A stretch of DNA of 64,000 nt from the NCBI GenBank assembly GCA_965198005.1, contig CBDAOI010000002.1, positions 851,417-915,416 of the forward strand, written 5' to 3'. Below are positions 11,180-21,200 of the stretch, piece after piece (within the stretch, counting starts at the first letter, position 1; the number at the start of each line of letters is the position of its first letter). The stretch comes from Spirochaetia bacterium (GTDB taxonomy: Bacteria > Spirochaetota > Spirochaetia > SZUA-6 > Bin103). The translations under genes were made by a program, and so were the position numbers. The notes below the pieces were generated by a model. It worked only from the letters and a program-made list of their open reading frames with translations, had not been told where the DNA came from and did not search any database.

Positions 11180-12823
11180 TCAGTAGACGCCGAGAATCGT
11201 CAGCCCACCCCAGCGCACGCGGTAGGAGCTCAGACCGCCCGCCGCCTCTTCATGCAGCAGTTGCAGCGTCCCCAGCTCCGGCCGGCGCAGGGTGCGGGCC
11301 GCCGGGTCGATCTGGTCGGTGGCGGTGAGCCCCTTCGACAGGACCAGGTGGCGATTGCCCAGGTTGCCGAAGTAGTAGTCTTCCGGTTCGACCTTGGCCT
11401 CCGGAGTCACCAGCGCCGCACCGGCGCCCAGGGCAGGGTCGACCGGCACCCATCCGAACTGGTGCAGGTAGAACTCGGTCCAGAAATGGGGGTGAGGCTG
11501 GTGCGGCGACTGAATCAGGTAGCCGGCCACGGGGCGCGCCGGAACCCCGGCGGCGCGCAGCAGGGCCGTGTACAGGATGGCGAAGTCGTAGGCATCGCCG
11601 CCGCCGGACCGCAGCACCTCGAGCGGATCGGCGGCGCGGGTGGGGCGGTAGGCGACGTGGGTGCGCAGGTAGTCGTACAGCATCCGGGCGCGGTTCCACG
11701 GGTTGTCGTCGCCGCCCGCCACCCGCGCCGCCACGGCCGTGACGTCGGCATCGTCCGCCGGTACCAGGGGGTCGGGGGCGGAGAACGTCAGGTAGCTCCG
11801 GGCGTGCGCGTCGTACGGCACGACGCGCCGCGGCGACACCACGGTCTCGACCGCGTAGCGCTCGAAGATGAAGTGTTGCGTAACGTCGTACACGCCGCCG
11901 GTCACCAGGTCGCGCAGGTGGAACACGGTGACCCCGGATACGTCGTCGTACAGCGGCTCCGGTTCCCGCACCACCACCTGTACGTCACGCTGCGCCGGCG
12001 CCGGCCAGATGCGCGGGACCCAGAGGTACAGCTCATTGGGGCGGGTGGCACTGACGTCCGATACCGACAGGTCGACCGCCACCGAATAGGTGCGTCTGCT
12101 GTGAAACCGCTTGGTGCCGACCGCGCCGCTCACCTCGAAGAACACCTCGTTGCTGCGGCCCTTGTCGGTCTCCACCAGCAGGTTGCCGGTGGCGGCGCCG
12201 TCGGGTACGCGCACGTGCACCTCGGTGTCGGACCAGGCTTCGTAGTCCAGGTCGTGCTCGCTGGCGGCGATGAAACGGCCGCCGGCCGCCTCCGCCTCGG
12301 AGGCCCCGCCGGTGCGCCAGGTAAACAGCACCTGGGAGTCACCGCGTTGCAGACCGAAATTGGTGCCGGTCAGCACCACCAGTTCGCCAACCGCGGCGCG
12401 CGGCCGATCCAGCGCCGCGACGTACGGCTGGCCGGGGCTGGCGGGACCGGAAATAACCACCGGCAGGAAGTCGCGGTTGGCGAACAGCAAGCCGTTGCTG
12501 CGGGCGCCGCCGGCGACCACGTACACGTAGCCGGAGCGCACCTCCTCGGGCACACGCACGCTGATGCGGTGGTCCAGCCACTCGAGATAGGCGCCGCTGG
12601 TCGGAGACACCCCCGCGATACGCACCTCGCCGCCGGCGCGGCCCCCACCGAAGTTGCTGCCGGTAATGGTGAGCACCTCTCCCGAGCTCGCTATCCTGGG
12701 CGTAATCTGTTCAATTTCGGGCGGCCGACTACGCGACTCCAGCACCAGCACCGCGAGCAGCACGATCAGACTGGCGATGGGCACCAGGGCCCGTGCGTGT
12801 GGCGACAGCGTAACGATGCGCAT
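11180..12823 (-). CDS. Membrane-anchored protein with two IPT/TIG domains and a transglutaminase-like domain
   Basis: N-terminal TM helix; two ITGSNFG/LTGTNFG IPT repeats; ALLRAAGVPAR, HFWTEFY and GWVPVDP. Confidence 0.85.
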   Translation of the reverse strand: MRIVTLSPHARALVPIASLIVLLAVLVLESRSRPPEIEQITPRIASSGEVLTITGSNFGGGRAGGEVRIAGVSPTSGAYLEWLDHRISVRVPEEVRSGYVYVVAGGARSNGLLFANRDFLPVVISGPASPGQPYVAALDRPRAAVGELVVLTGTNFGLQRGDSQVLFTWRTGGASEAEAAGGRFIAASEHDLDYEAWSDTEVHVRVPDGAATGNLLVETDKGRSNEVFFEVSGAVGTKRFHSRRTYSVAVDLSVSDVSATRPNELYLWVPRIWPAPAQRDVQVVVREPEPLYDDVSGVTVFHLRDLVTGGVYDVTQHFIFERYAVETVVSPRRVVPYDAHARSYLTFSAPDPLVPADDADVTAVAARVAGGDDNPWNRARMLYDYLRTHVAYRPTRAADPLEVLRSGGGDAYDFAILYTALLRAAGVPARPVAGYLIQSPHQPHPHFWTEFYLHQFGWVPVDPALGAGAALVTPEAKVEPEDYYFGNLGNRHLVLSKGLTATDQIDPAARTLRRPELGTLQLLHEEAAGGLSSYRVRWGGLTILGVY

Positions 12824-12873
12824 GCGCCGCGCGCTCTGTTAGTGCCGCAGGCTCATCGCGCGCGGTGGGGGCA

Positions 12874-13437
12874 TCAGCCGGGAGGAGCGTCGTCCGACGC
12901 GTCGTCCGACGCGTCGGACGACGAAGGACGGGTGGCGACGTACCGGGAAACCTCGATTTCCAGCTTGAGGGTGACCTCGTCGGCCACGTCGTCGTGGATT
13001 CCGAGGGGAAAAAACAGGAGTTTCTGGCCGAGCGACAACGGTACGCTACGGTAGGTGGTTACGTAGCGCGCCGGCGCCTCGGGCGCCTCCGCCCACCAGA
13101 CCTGACCCTGCGCCACCAGCGTCAAGTCGCCGCTCTCGCTCATGTAGGGGGTGAACACGGCCCGCACGTGGAGGTTGGTGCCGGTCACCTCCACGTCCAC
13201 CGCGCGCCCCGGAATGGTGAGATCGGTCTGCTCGCTGTTCCAATCGGTATACGGCTCCGGCTGGTTCAATGAGAGGCCGACCTTGATCTCGAGCGCGTTG
13301 TCCAGCAGGTAGCTGATCGCATCCTCCAGCGGCGGCGGCTGGGAATACGCGGCCTGCGTGCCGATGCCGGCTCCGATCAGTGCGGTGGCCAGCATCCGGC
13401 GGAACCGCAACGCGGTGGCGGGTGTCGTCATCGTCAC
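12874..13437 (-). CDS. Hypothetical exported protein
   Basis: Signal-peptide-like N terminus; start overlaps the anti-sigma stop. Confidence 0.7.
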   Translation of the reverse strand: MTMTTPATALRFRRMLATALIGAGIGTQAAYSQPPPLEDAISYLLDNALEIKVGLSLNQPEPYTDWNSEQTDLTIPGRAVDVEVTGTNLHVRAVFTPYMSESGDLTLVAQGQVWWAEAPEAPARYVTTYRSVPLSLGQKLLFFPLGIHDDVADEVTLKLEIEVSRYVATRPSSSDASDDASDDAPPG

Positions 13438-13970
13438 CGGTCCGAACCCTGCAGCTCCTCTTCGAGGAGGATGGCGGGACTCCCGAACGGCAGAAGCTGC
13501 GACTCCGCGGGCAATTCGAATGCAATCGTCCGTTCATTCCGGACCGCGAGCGGTCCCAGGCCGGCGAACGTGGGCTCCAACTGCACGACGCTGTAGTTGG
13601 AGGTCAAGGTGCCCAGCTCGCTGCGCCCGTCGCCGAGGCGGGCCCACAACGCGGCGCTGGTGGCGAGCAGCGCGATCGCCGCCACCGCCGCCGCCGCCAG
13701 CGGCGCCGGAACCCGCACCACACCACTCCAGAATGAAGCCTGACGCACGACCGCCGCACGCACCAGCTCCAACCGCCGCCAGATCAGTCCGTGCGCGGCA
13801 TTGACGTCGGGCTCCCGGCTCTCCAGCAGGGTACGGCTCACCACCTGGTAGGCGCGCACGTCGGCCAGACAGCCGGGACAATCCCGTACGTGGGACTCGA
13901 TCTGCTGCGCGTGGCGCGGCGCCAACTCGTTGTCGAGGAAGGCCGAGAGGTGCTGCTGCTCAGTACACAC
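13434..13970 (-). CDS. Zinc-finger (zf-HC2) anti-sigma factor
   Basis: LSAFLDNEL...HVRDCPGC (HxxxCxxC) followed by a TM helix; directly downstream of the ECF sigma. Confidence 0.88.
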   Translation of the reverse strand: MCTEQQHLSAFLDNELAPRHAQQIESHVRDCPGCLADVRAYQVVSRTLLESREPDVNAAHGLIWRRLELVRAAVVRQASFWSGVVRVPAPLAAAAVAAIALLATSAALWARLGDGRSELGTLTSNYSVVQLEPTFAGLGPLAVRNERTIAFELPAESQLLPFGSPAILLEEELQGSDR

Positions 13971-14517
13971 GGTTGCCCCCCGCGACGAGCAGTCGGGCGA
14001 GCCGCTGGCGGGCGCGATGGACCCGCACCTTCACGTTGCCCTCGCTGATGCCGAGGATCGAGCCGATCTGCCGATAGGTCAGGCCGGCATACTCTCGCAG
14101 AATGATAACCGTGCGCATGTTGTACGGCAGTATGCTCAATGCCTCCTGAACCGCGTCCCGGGTCGCCGCCGCAAGCACCTCGGTGTCGGCCGGCAACGCA
14201 TAGGTCTCCATCTCCCATTGGAAACGCCCGACGGCACGGCGTTCCCGTTCGCGCCGCTTCTCATGATTCAGCGACAGGTTGCGGATGACACGCAGCAGCC
14301 AGTACTTGGTATCGGCCAAGCTCGGCAACGGTGCGCTCCGCCGCAACAGTTGAACGAACGCTTCCTGTGTAAGATCTTCGGCTATTCCGCGCTCCCCCAC
14401 GATCCTGTATGCGACGCGGAATACCAGAGGGAATAACTCGCTATAGACGTGATCGAAATCAGGTGCTGAACCGTGGTGGTGATCCGTGTCCCGGAGCCGT
14501 TTGTTGTCCCGTCGCAT
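13960..14517 (-). CDS. ECF RNA polymerase sigma factor
   Basis: Region 2 AEDLTQEAF...WLLRVIRN; region 4 LTYRQIGSILGISEGNVKVRVHRAR. Confidence 0.93.
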   Translation of the reverse strand: MRRDNKRLRDTDHHHGSAPDFDHVYSELFPLVFRVAYRIVGERGIAEDLTQEAFVQLLRRSAPLPSLADTKYWLLRVIRNLSLNHEKRRERERRAVGRFQWEMETYALPADTEVLAAATRDAVQEALSILPYNMRTVIILREYAGLTYRQIGSILGISEGNVKVRVHRARQRLARLLVAGGNRVY

Positions 14518-16014
14518 CTAAAAAACAACGCCGTCCGCAGTCAGGTTACAGCGCCCTCCTCCATCCGGGTTGACCCGGCGCCACTCGGTGCCGGCCGCGG
14601 TATCGCGCACCTCGATGCCGCGCGCGGCCAGCGCGGCGCGGAGTTCGTCGGCGCGCTGGTAGTCGCGCCGCGCCCGTGCCTCCGACCGCTCCTGCACCAG
14701 GGCGTGAACGTCGGGATCGGCGCGGCCGCCGGCAGCGGTGACCGCCAGTGCCGCGCCGATCAGGTCCAACCCGAGAATAGTGTCGATCATGGCGATCGCC
14801 TGCAAGACCTGCAACGGATCGCCATCGGGGTCCTTCGCCAGCCGCCACACGATGGCCAGCAAACGCGGCATCGCCAGATCGTCGGCGGCGTGCGCGAGCG
14901 CCGCCGCGGCAAGCTGATGGTCCGCCGTGGGCCCGGCGAGCGCGGAAGCATCCTCCACCTCGGCCCGGCGGAGCAGCTCGGCCACCCGCTCGATCAGTCC
15001 CAGGCGGCTGGAACGGGCGCCGTCGAGGGCCTGCAGGGTGAAGTTCTGGTGCGCGCGGTAGTGCGCGCCCAGCACGAAGTAGCGAAAGTCCAGCGCGTCG
15101 TAGCCACGCTCGATGAGCCGTCCGATGGTGAACCAGTTCCCTCGCGACTTGGACATCTTGGTCCCGTTCACCATCAGGAACTCGCCGTGACACCAGTAGT
15201 TGACCCAGCGCTCCGGTGATTCGGGCCGGATCCCGAGGGCCGCCTCCGCCTGGGCGATCTCGTTGGTGTGATGCACCGGGATCAGGTCGATTCCGCCGCA
15301 GTGGATGTCGAACCGCTCGTCAAGGTAGCGCATCGCCATGGCACTGCACTCGATGTGCCATCCCGGGTAGCCGCGCCCCCAGGGCGAATCCCACAGCATC
15401 GCCTGTTGCTCGAACTTGGAGCGCGTGAACCAGAGGCCGAAGTCCTCCGGGTTGCGCTTGGACTGATCCACGCGGATGCGCGCGCCGGCCTGAAGCTGCT
15501 GGCGGCCGAGCAGTGCCAGATCCCCGTAGCGCGCAAACCGGGCCACGTCGAAGAACACGTTGCCGTTGGCGACGTAGGTGTAGCCGCGTTGCTCCAGACG
15601 CCGGATCAGGTCGATCATGCCGTCGACGTGGTCGGTGGCGTGGGCGACGACGTGCGGGTGCAGAAGATTCAGAGCACGGGCGTCGGCGAAGAACCGCTCG
15701 GTGTAGAACTCGGCGAGCTCCCACACGGTCTTGCCTTCCCGGCGCGCCCCCAGCAGCATCTTGTCGTCGCCCAGATCGGCGTCGCTGGCCAGATGCCCGA
15801 CGTCGGTCACGTTCATCACGTGCCGCACGCGGTAACCCAGGGCCTCGAGCGTGCGCCGCAGGACATCGACGAAGACGTAGGTGCGGAAGTTGCCGACGGT
15901 CGCGTACTCGTACACCGTCGGGCCGCAGGCGTAGAGCCCGACCGCACCCGGCACGCGCGGGACGAACTCCTGGACGCTGCGCCCGAGCGTGTTGTAGAGC
16001 CGCATGCCCGCCAC
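14518..16014 (-). CDS. cysS: Cysteine-tRNA ligase
   Basis: YACGPTVY, GWHIECSAM, HHTNE and KMSKS motifs. Confidence 0.98.
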   Translation of the reverse strand: MAGMRLYNTLGRSVQEFVPRVPGAVGLYACGPTVYEYATVGNFRTYVFVDVLRRTLEALGYRVRHVMNVTDVGHLASDADLGDDKMLLGARREGKTVWELAEFYTERFFADARALNLLHPHVVAHATDHVDGMIDLIRRLEQRGYTYVANGNVFFDVARFARYGDLALLGRQQLQAGARIRVDQSKRNPEDFGLWFTRSKFEQQAMLWDSPWGRGYPGWHIECSAMAMRYLDERFDIHCGGIDLIPVHHTNEIAQAEAALGIRPESPERWVNYWCHGEFLMVNGTKMSKSRGNWFTIGRLIERGYDALDFRYFVLGAHYRAHQNFTLQALDGARSSRLGLIERVAELLRRAEVEDASALAGPTADHQLAAAALAHAADDLAMPRLLAIVWRLAKDPDGDPLQVLQAIAMIDTILGLDLIGAALAVTAAGGRADPDVHALVQERSEARARRDYQRADELRAALAARGIEVRDTAAGTEWRRVNPDGGGRCNLTADGVVF

Positions 16015-16050
16015 CCTACACCGTGACCCGGCGGCGATTCAACGAATCCG

Positions 16051-16104
16051 GAGTCGGGGAGTCGGGCGGGGAGTCGGGCGAGTCGGGCGGCAGTCGGGCA
16101 GTCG
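16051..16104 (+). repeat. Imperfect tandem AGTCGGG repeat (about 6 copies) upstream of cysS
   Basis: GAGTCGGGGAGTCGGGCGGGGAGTCGGGCGAGTCGGGCGGCAGTCGGGCAGTCG read directly. Confidence 0.8.
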
Positions 16105-16176
16105 TGCGCGGGAGACCTGCTGACTGGCGGCCGAACTATCGCTTGGGCGAACGTTTAGCGCGTTGAGCGAGGCCCG

Positions 16177-17559
16177 TCACAGCTCGACCGTGACGGTGAC
16201 GGTCGCCTGCGGCGGCGGCGCAGGGCGGGAGTCCGCGGTGGACAGCGCGAGTTCCGCCAGGCGCAGGCGAAACCGGAAGCCGGGGCGGCGCGCAGCGGCC
16301 TCCAGCGCCGCGGTGATGTGCGCGCCGGCCGTGGTCACCGTGGCCTTCAGCGCCAGCGACGCCACCTTGACCTGCCCCACGAACTGCAGTTCGCCGCGGC
16401 CGGTGACGTCGCGCCAGGTTGCGCCCAGGCCCAGGTGCGGCCCGTCCAGCTCGGCACGCAGGGTCAGCTCCGGTTGCGCCGGTTGCGCGCCGTCCAGCTC
16501 CAGCCGGGTGGCGGCGCGCAGCGACCACGGCCCCCACGGAACCTCCTGGGCGAGGCTGAGCACCGCGCTCCGCCGCGGCTCGGGGACGGGGGGCAACGGC
16601 GCCGCGGCCAACTCCTCTCCCCGTACCGACACCCCGTAGGTGGCGCGCCCCCAGGACGGTGCCGCCGTGCCGCGCAGGCGGGCGCCCCACACCAGCGGCG
16701 CGCTCGGCGATGTTCCCGCCAGGCCGAAAAAGCCGCGATGCGCCGCCGCCACCATCGCCGCCAGCTCGGCCGGCCCCAGTTCGGCGCGCGCGGCGACCCG
16801 GACGTGGGCGCCGTGCAGGTAGGCGCGGGCCGGGGAGGCGCCCCGCGGGGCGCCGGCGGAGAGGTTGCCGCTCACCCGCAACGACACCGGGCCGGCGGCG
16901 CCGAGCGCCACCCGGGCGCCCGCCAGGTAGAGCGGGCCGCCGGGGAAGGGAACGGCCGCCAGCCGCCACGACTGCGCCACCGCGGGCGGCGCCGGCGACC
17001 GCAGCGCGGCGTACACCTCGCCGTCGGCCAGCGCCGGCGCGCTCCAGGCCGCAACCAATCCCGCCACCAGCGGAGACTGCGCGCGGCCGGGACCGCCGAG
17101 CTCATCGGCGAAAGCGGCCACGGCAACACCGGCAATCGGGGTGAGCTGCAGCCCCCGGCGCCGGCCGGGATCGAGCCCGGCATCGAGCCGCAGGCCGGTC
17201 GGTTCCGCAAACACGGCGCTGCCCGCGCTGAACCCGAGCGGGTCGCTCAGCTCACGCCAGGCACCCGCGACGGTAACCGGACCGATGACGCCCCGTGGCG
17301 TGGTCAGCCCGACGGTTACCTCCGGCGGCTCGGGGGCGCCGTGGTCGCGGGTCCAGGCCGCGCGTGCCACCGCCCGGCCCCAGTCGCCGGCGACCAGCCA
17401 GCGTTTGGTGAGCGCCAAGCCCTGTCCATCGGCTTCGGCGCGGGTGGTCAGCTCCAGCTTGCCGTGCGGCGCTGCCTCGGCGTCGCCGGACGGCGGTGCC
17501 AGAGCCGTCATGATCAACAGTCCCACCACCGTCCAGCGCGCTCGCGATCGTTCCTGCAT
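16177..17559 (-). CDS. Hypothetical exported protein, possibly beta-rich outer-membrane type
   Basis: Signal peptide; alternating hydrophobic strands; C terminus TVTVTVEL. Confidence 0.6.
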   Translation of the reverse strand: MQERSRARWTVVGLLIMTALAPPSGDAEAAPHGKLELTTRAEADGQGLALTKRWLVAGDWGRAVARAAWTRDHGAPEPPEVTVGLTTPRGVIGPVTVAGAWRELSDPLGFSAGSAVFAEPTGLRLDAGLDPGRRRGLQLTPIAGVAVAAFADELGGPGRAQSPLVAGLVAAWSAPALADGEVYAALRSPAPPAVAQSWRLAAVPFPGGPLYLAGARVALGAAGPVSLRVSGNLSAGAPRGASPARAYLHGAHVRVAARAELGPAELAAMVAAAHRGFFGLAGTSPSAPLVWGARLRGTAAPSWGRATYGVSVRGEELAAAPLPPVPEPRRSAVLSLAQEVPWGPWSLRAATRLELDGAQPAQPELTLRAELDGPHLGLGATWRDVTGRGELQFVGQVKVASLALKATVTTAGAHITAALEAAARRPGFRFRLRLAELALSTADSRPAPPPQATVTVTVEL

Positions 17560-17737
17560 ACCGCCCGTATTGCAAGATCGGTGCCAGGTGGTGCCGGCAA
17601 TGCGCGCCCGCGCGCCGGTCTCCGGCCCCGGGCTTTACGTTGATTTACGATTTACGTTCCGATTCAGCCGACGAGGCCGGCGAGCCGGCGAGGTCGCCGG
17701 CAGCCGCCGGGCGCCGGTTCGTGGCACAATAGGCGGC

Positions 17738-18292
17738 ATGCACACCTTTCTCGACGGCCGCCTGGCGGTACGCCGCGGCGACCTCACCGACTTCGGCGGC
17801 GAGACGCCGAGCGCGATCGTGAATGCCGCGAACCGCTCGCTGCTGGGCGGGGGCGGGGTCGACGGCGCCATCCATCGGCGCGGCGGCCCGGCCATCCTGG
17901 AACAGTGCCGGGAGCTGCGCCGCACCCGCTTCCCCGACGGACTGCCTACCGGAGAGGCGGTGCTGACCACCGCCGGGCGGCTGCCCGTCGACCACGTGAT
18001 CCACACGGTCGGACCGGTGTGGCAGGGCGGCGCGGCGGGCGAGCCGGAGTTGCTGCGCGCCGCGTACCGCAACAGCCTGCTGCTGGCCGCCGAGCACGGG
18101 CTGGCGGAGATCGCGTTTCCGGCAATCTCCACCGGGGTGTTCGGCTACCCGGCGGCTCCGGCGGCGCGCGCGGCGTACCAGGTGATCGAACGGTTCTGCA
18201 CCGAGCACGCCACGCCGCGCCGCGTACACCTGATCTTCTTCAGCGACGGGGACGTGCGCACCTTCCTGGAGGCCACCGCTCCGGACGCATGA
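17738..18292 (+). CDS. Macrodomain O-acetyl-ADP-ribose deacetylase
   Basis: GDLT, IVNAANRSLLGGGGVDGAIH, VIHTVGP and FPAISTGVFGYP; start ATG 17738. Confidence 0.93.
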   Translation: MHTFLDGRLAVRRGDLTDFGGETPSAIVNAANRSLLGGGGVDGAIHRRGGPAILEQCRELRRTRFPDGLPTGEAVLTTAGRLPVDHVIHTVGPVWQGGAAGEPELLRAAYRNSLLLAAEHGLAEIAFPAISTGVFGYPAAPAARAAYQVIERFCTEHATPRRVHLIFFSDGDVRTFLEATAPDA

Positions 18293-19791
18293 GTGCCGGC
18301 CTCACCTGGCGCGAGATCGACGCGGTATTGGAGGAGCTGGAACTCGGCGGCTGCTTCATCCGCGACCTCCGCCAACCGGTGCCCGAGCAGCTGGTGTTCG
18401 AGCTGTACGCGCCGCGCCGCGACCGGTTCTGGCTGCTCGTTTCATTCGCCGCGCGCCACACGCGCCTGCACCGTCTGGCGCACCGCCCCCGAGCACTGGG
18501 CGACAACCAGCGGTTCGTGGCGTTCATGCGCGCGCACGTGCGCGGCCGGCGGATCGGCGCCGCCGCCCAGGTGGGTGAGGAGCGCATCGTCAAGCTGGCG
18601 CTGGCCGGCGGGACCGCCGGAACCGGCGCTGCCGGCGCGGCGGGCGGCGGGCCGCCGGGCGCCACCGGGGCGCCGGTGATCTGGCTGCGGCTGTGGGGGA
18701 ACGCCGCCAACTGCATCGTCACGCGGCCGGACGGCCGGATTCTCGACGCCCTGTACCGCCGGCCGCGCCGGGGCGAGATCAGCGGCGGCGACTATCACCC
18801 GGCGCGCGACCTGGAGCGGCTGCGGGCGAACCGGCTGGACCGTGCGGGCGGCCCCGCGAACGACGCGGAACTGCGGCCGTTCGGCGATCCCGCCACGCCG
18901 TACAACCTGCGGGTGGAACACCACTACGCAGAGCGAGAAGCGGCGGAGCGCGCGGCCGCGGCGGCCCGTACGGCGGCTCGGCAGCGGGCCGCCGCGGAGC
19001 AGCGATTGCGGCGCCTGACGCACCGCCTGGAGCGCGAGCTGGCGGCCACTACCGACCACGAACGGCTGCGGCAGTTGGGCAATCTGCTGCTGGCCAACCT
19101 GACGCTGGTCGAGCCCGGGGCGCGCCGGGTGCGGGTCGACGACTACTATACCGGCGGCACGACCGACCTGGAGCTGACCCCCACCCTGACCCCGGCCGCC
19201 AACGCCGAGGCGTACTTCGCCCGCGCCCGCCGGGCCGAGCGCCGGCATGCGGCCGCGGCCGAACGGCTGGGCCGGGCGCGCGCGGAGCTGGCCCAGGTCG
19301 AAGCCGGCGACTCCACCGCGCCGGCGCCGGTGGCGCCACCCCGGCCCGTGACCGGCGGCGGAGCGCTGGCCGTGACCAGCGCCGCCTGCACCCTGGTGGT
19401 GGGCCGAAGCGCGCGCGAGAACGACGATCTGCTGCGCCGGGCGCGCGGCAACGACTGGTGGCTGCATTGCCGCGACTATCCGGGGGCGCACGTGTTCGTG
19501 CGCGCTCCGGCCACCAAGTCGGTGCCACTGGAGACCCTGCTCGACGCCGGCAACCTCGCCGTGTTCTACAGCAAGGCGCGCACGGCCGGGCGCGCCGACG
19601 TGTACTACACCCAGGTGAAGCACCTGCGGCGGCCGCGCACCCGCGGCCGGGGCACCGCCGCCGCCGGCCGCGGGCGGGTCATACCCACGCACGCGCGCAA
19701 TCTGTTCATCACGCTTGACCAGACGCGGATCGATCGCCTGCTGCGCGCGCGCGGCGCGCCCGGATCGACCGCCGCGTCCGGAACACGGTAG
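18289..19791 (+). CDS. NFACT/RqcH (FbpA-like) ribosome quality control protein
   Basis: GEERIVKL, NAEAYF, GRSAREND, WLHCRDYPGAHV; ATGA overlap with the macrodomain gene. Confidence 0.88.
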   Translation: MSAGLTWREIDAVLEELELGGCFIRDLRQPVPEQLVFELYAPRRDRFWLLVSFAARHTRLHRLAHRPRALGDNQRFVAFMRAHVRGRRIGAAAQVGEERIVKLALAGGTAGTGAAGAAGGGPPGATGAPVIWLRLWGNAANCIVTRPDGRILDALYRRPRRGEISGGDYHPARDLERLRANRLDRAGGPANDAELRPFGDPATPYNLRVEHHYAEREAAERAAAAARTAARQRAAAEQRLRRLTHRLERELAATTDHERLRQLGNLLLANLTLVEPGARRVRVDDYYTGGTTDLELTPTLTPAANAEAYFARARRAERRHAAAAERLGRARAELAQVEAGDSTAPAPVAPPRPVTGGGALAVTSAACTLVVGRSARENDDLLRRARGNDWWLHCRDYPGAHVFVRAPATKSVPLETLLDAGNLAVFYSKARTAGRADVYYTQVKHLRRPRTRGRGTAAAGRGRVIPTHARNLFITLDQTRIDRLLRARGAPGSTAASGTR

Positions 19792-19802
19792 GGTGCACGC
19801 GG

Positions 19803-21200
19803 ATGGAGACTCCCCCGGTCAGCCTGCCGACCCCGGTGCCGATCACGGTGGGTGCGCAGCGGCTGCTGGCGTTTCCTGTCTCCGACCGGTTCAGCTCGCT
19901 GGCCAGGCACGGGGCGCTGCAGGCGGCCCCCGGCTGGATCGTGCGCGGCGCGCAGGTCCACCCGTGGCGGTTCAGCGGCTACCGCCGGCACGCCGGGCAG
20001 CTCATGCTGGTGGGACCGCACCACGCGGGCGAGTCGCTGGCGGACGTGCTGCAGCGGAGCCCGGCGGAAGCGGTGAGCGCCCTGGCGCGGGTCGCGGCCG
20101 CCCTGACGCGGCTGACGGACGAGGCCGGGTGCGACCAGCCGCTGCACCTCAACGGCGTGTACCTGCTGGACGACGGCGGCCTGCTGCTGGTCCCGCCGCG
20201 GGTGGTCAAACAGTTGACCGAGGTGCTGGCGCCGGATGCGGTACTGGAGGCGGCCGGACGCATCAACCACCCCGATCTGGCCGGAGAAGAACGTCTGACG
20301 GTGGCCCTGGCGATCCTCGGCTATCGCGCCGCAACCGGGCGCGCCCCCTACCCGGGCGCCTCGGAGGAGCAGCTCCACTACCAGATGCGCCGGCTCGAGG
20401 TGGTGCCGGCGGCGGTGCGCGCTCCCGGTCTCGATGCGTATCTGGACCGGCTGATCAGGCGCAGCCTGGGACCGGAAGGGCAGCAGCCGCGACCGCGGCT
20501 GGGGGAATGGGCCGCGGTGCTGGAGCGCGTGCGCCGGGACGGCCTGTGGCAGCCGGTCGCCGCGGCCGAGCGGGCGGCGCGGCAGGCCGAGGCGCGCGCC
20601 CTCGAAACCAGGTTCGACCGCACCTTCCGCCGGCGTTTGTTCTTGCAGCGCAACTGGCGCACGATCGTCATCATGGCGGTGGCGGTCGCGGCCGGGGGCG
20701 GCGTGCTCGGCTCGGTAATCGCCAGGCAGCTCGAACCGCGCTCCACCCGCGGCTATACCCCGCGCCAGGTGGTGGAGACATTCTACGCCAGCCTCGGCCG
20801 GCTGGATCATGCGACGACGGACGACACGGTGATCGACGGTGCGGGCGAGGGGCTGGTCCGGGAGGTGATCGGGCTGTTCGTGATCGGCCGCGTGCAGGAG
20901 GGCTACGAGGGCCGGGCCGGCGTGGCCAGCGCGGCGGCGTGGGTGGCGGCCGGCCAGCCGGAATTGCCGGCGGGGGTGATGGTATACGGCCCGTCGGACC
21001 TGGAGATTGTCGCCGAGCAGGGACCGCCGCAACCGGTGTTCCGCGCCTCCTATCTGATGTGGCGCCCGGACCCTGAACCGGGCGACCGGGGGGAAGACCG
21101 GGAGGAAGGAGCGGCGCAGCGCGGGACCCCGATGAGCGAGCGCGTGTTCCTGCGGCAGGACCGGGGCGATTGGGTGATCTTCCGGTTCGAGGACTCTTGA
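19803..21200 (+). CDS. Hypothetical membrane protein with a degenerate kinase-like N-terminal region
   Basis: GVYLLDDGGLL and LGYRAATGRAPY; single TM helix near residue 290. Confidence 0.7.
   Translation: METPPVSLPTPVPITVGAQRLLAFPVSDRFSSLARHGALQAAPGWIVRGAQVHPWRFSGYRRHAGQLMLVGPHHAGESLADVLQRSPAEAVSALARVAAALTRLTDEAGCDQPLHLNGVYLLDDGGLLLVPPRVVKQLTEVLAPDAVLEAAGRINHPDLAGEERLTVALAILGYRAATGRAPYPGASEEQLHYQMRRLEVVPAAVRAPGLDAYLDRLIRRSLGPEGQQPRPRLGEWAAVLERVRRDGLWQPVAAAERAARQAEARALETRFDRTFRRRLFLQRNWRTIVIMAVAVAAGGGVLGSVIARQLEPRSTRGYTPRQVVETFYASLGRLDHATTDDTVIDGAGEGLVREVIGLFVIGRVQEGYEGRAGVASAAAWVAAGQPELPAGVMVYGPSDLEIVAEQGPPQPVFRASYLMWRPDPEPGDRGEDREEGAAQRGTPMSERVFLRQDRGDWVIFRFEDS

Noticed and set aside
12888-12923. 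12-bp tandem/palindromic repeat CGTCGTCCGACG
   Set aside because: It encodes the low-complexity tail SSDASDDASDDA; likely slippage.
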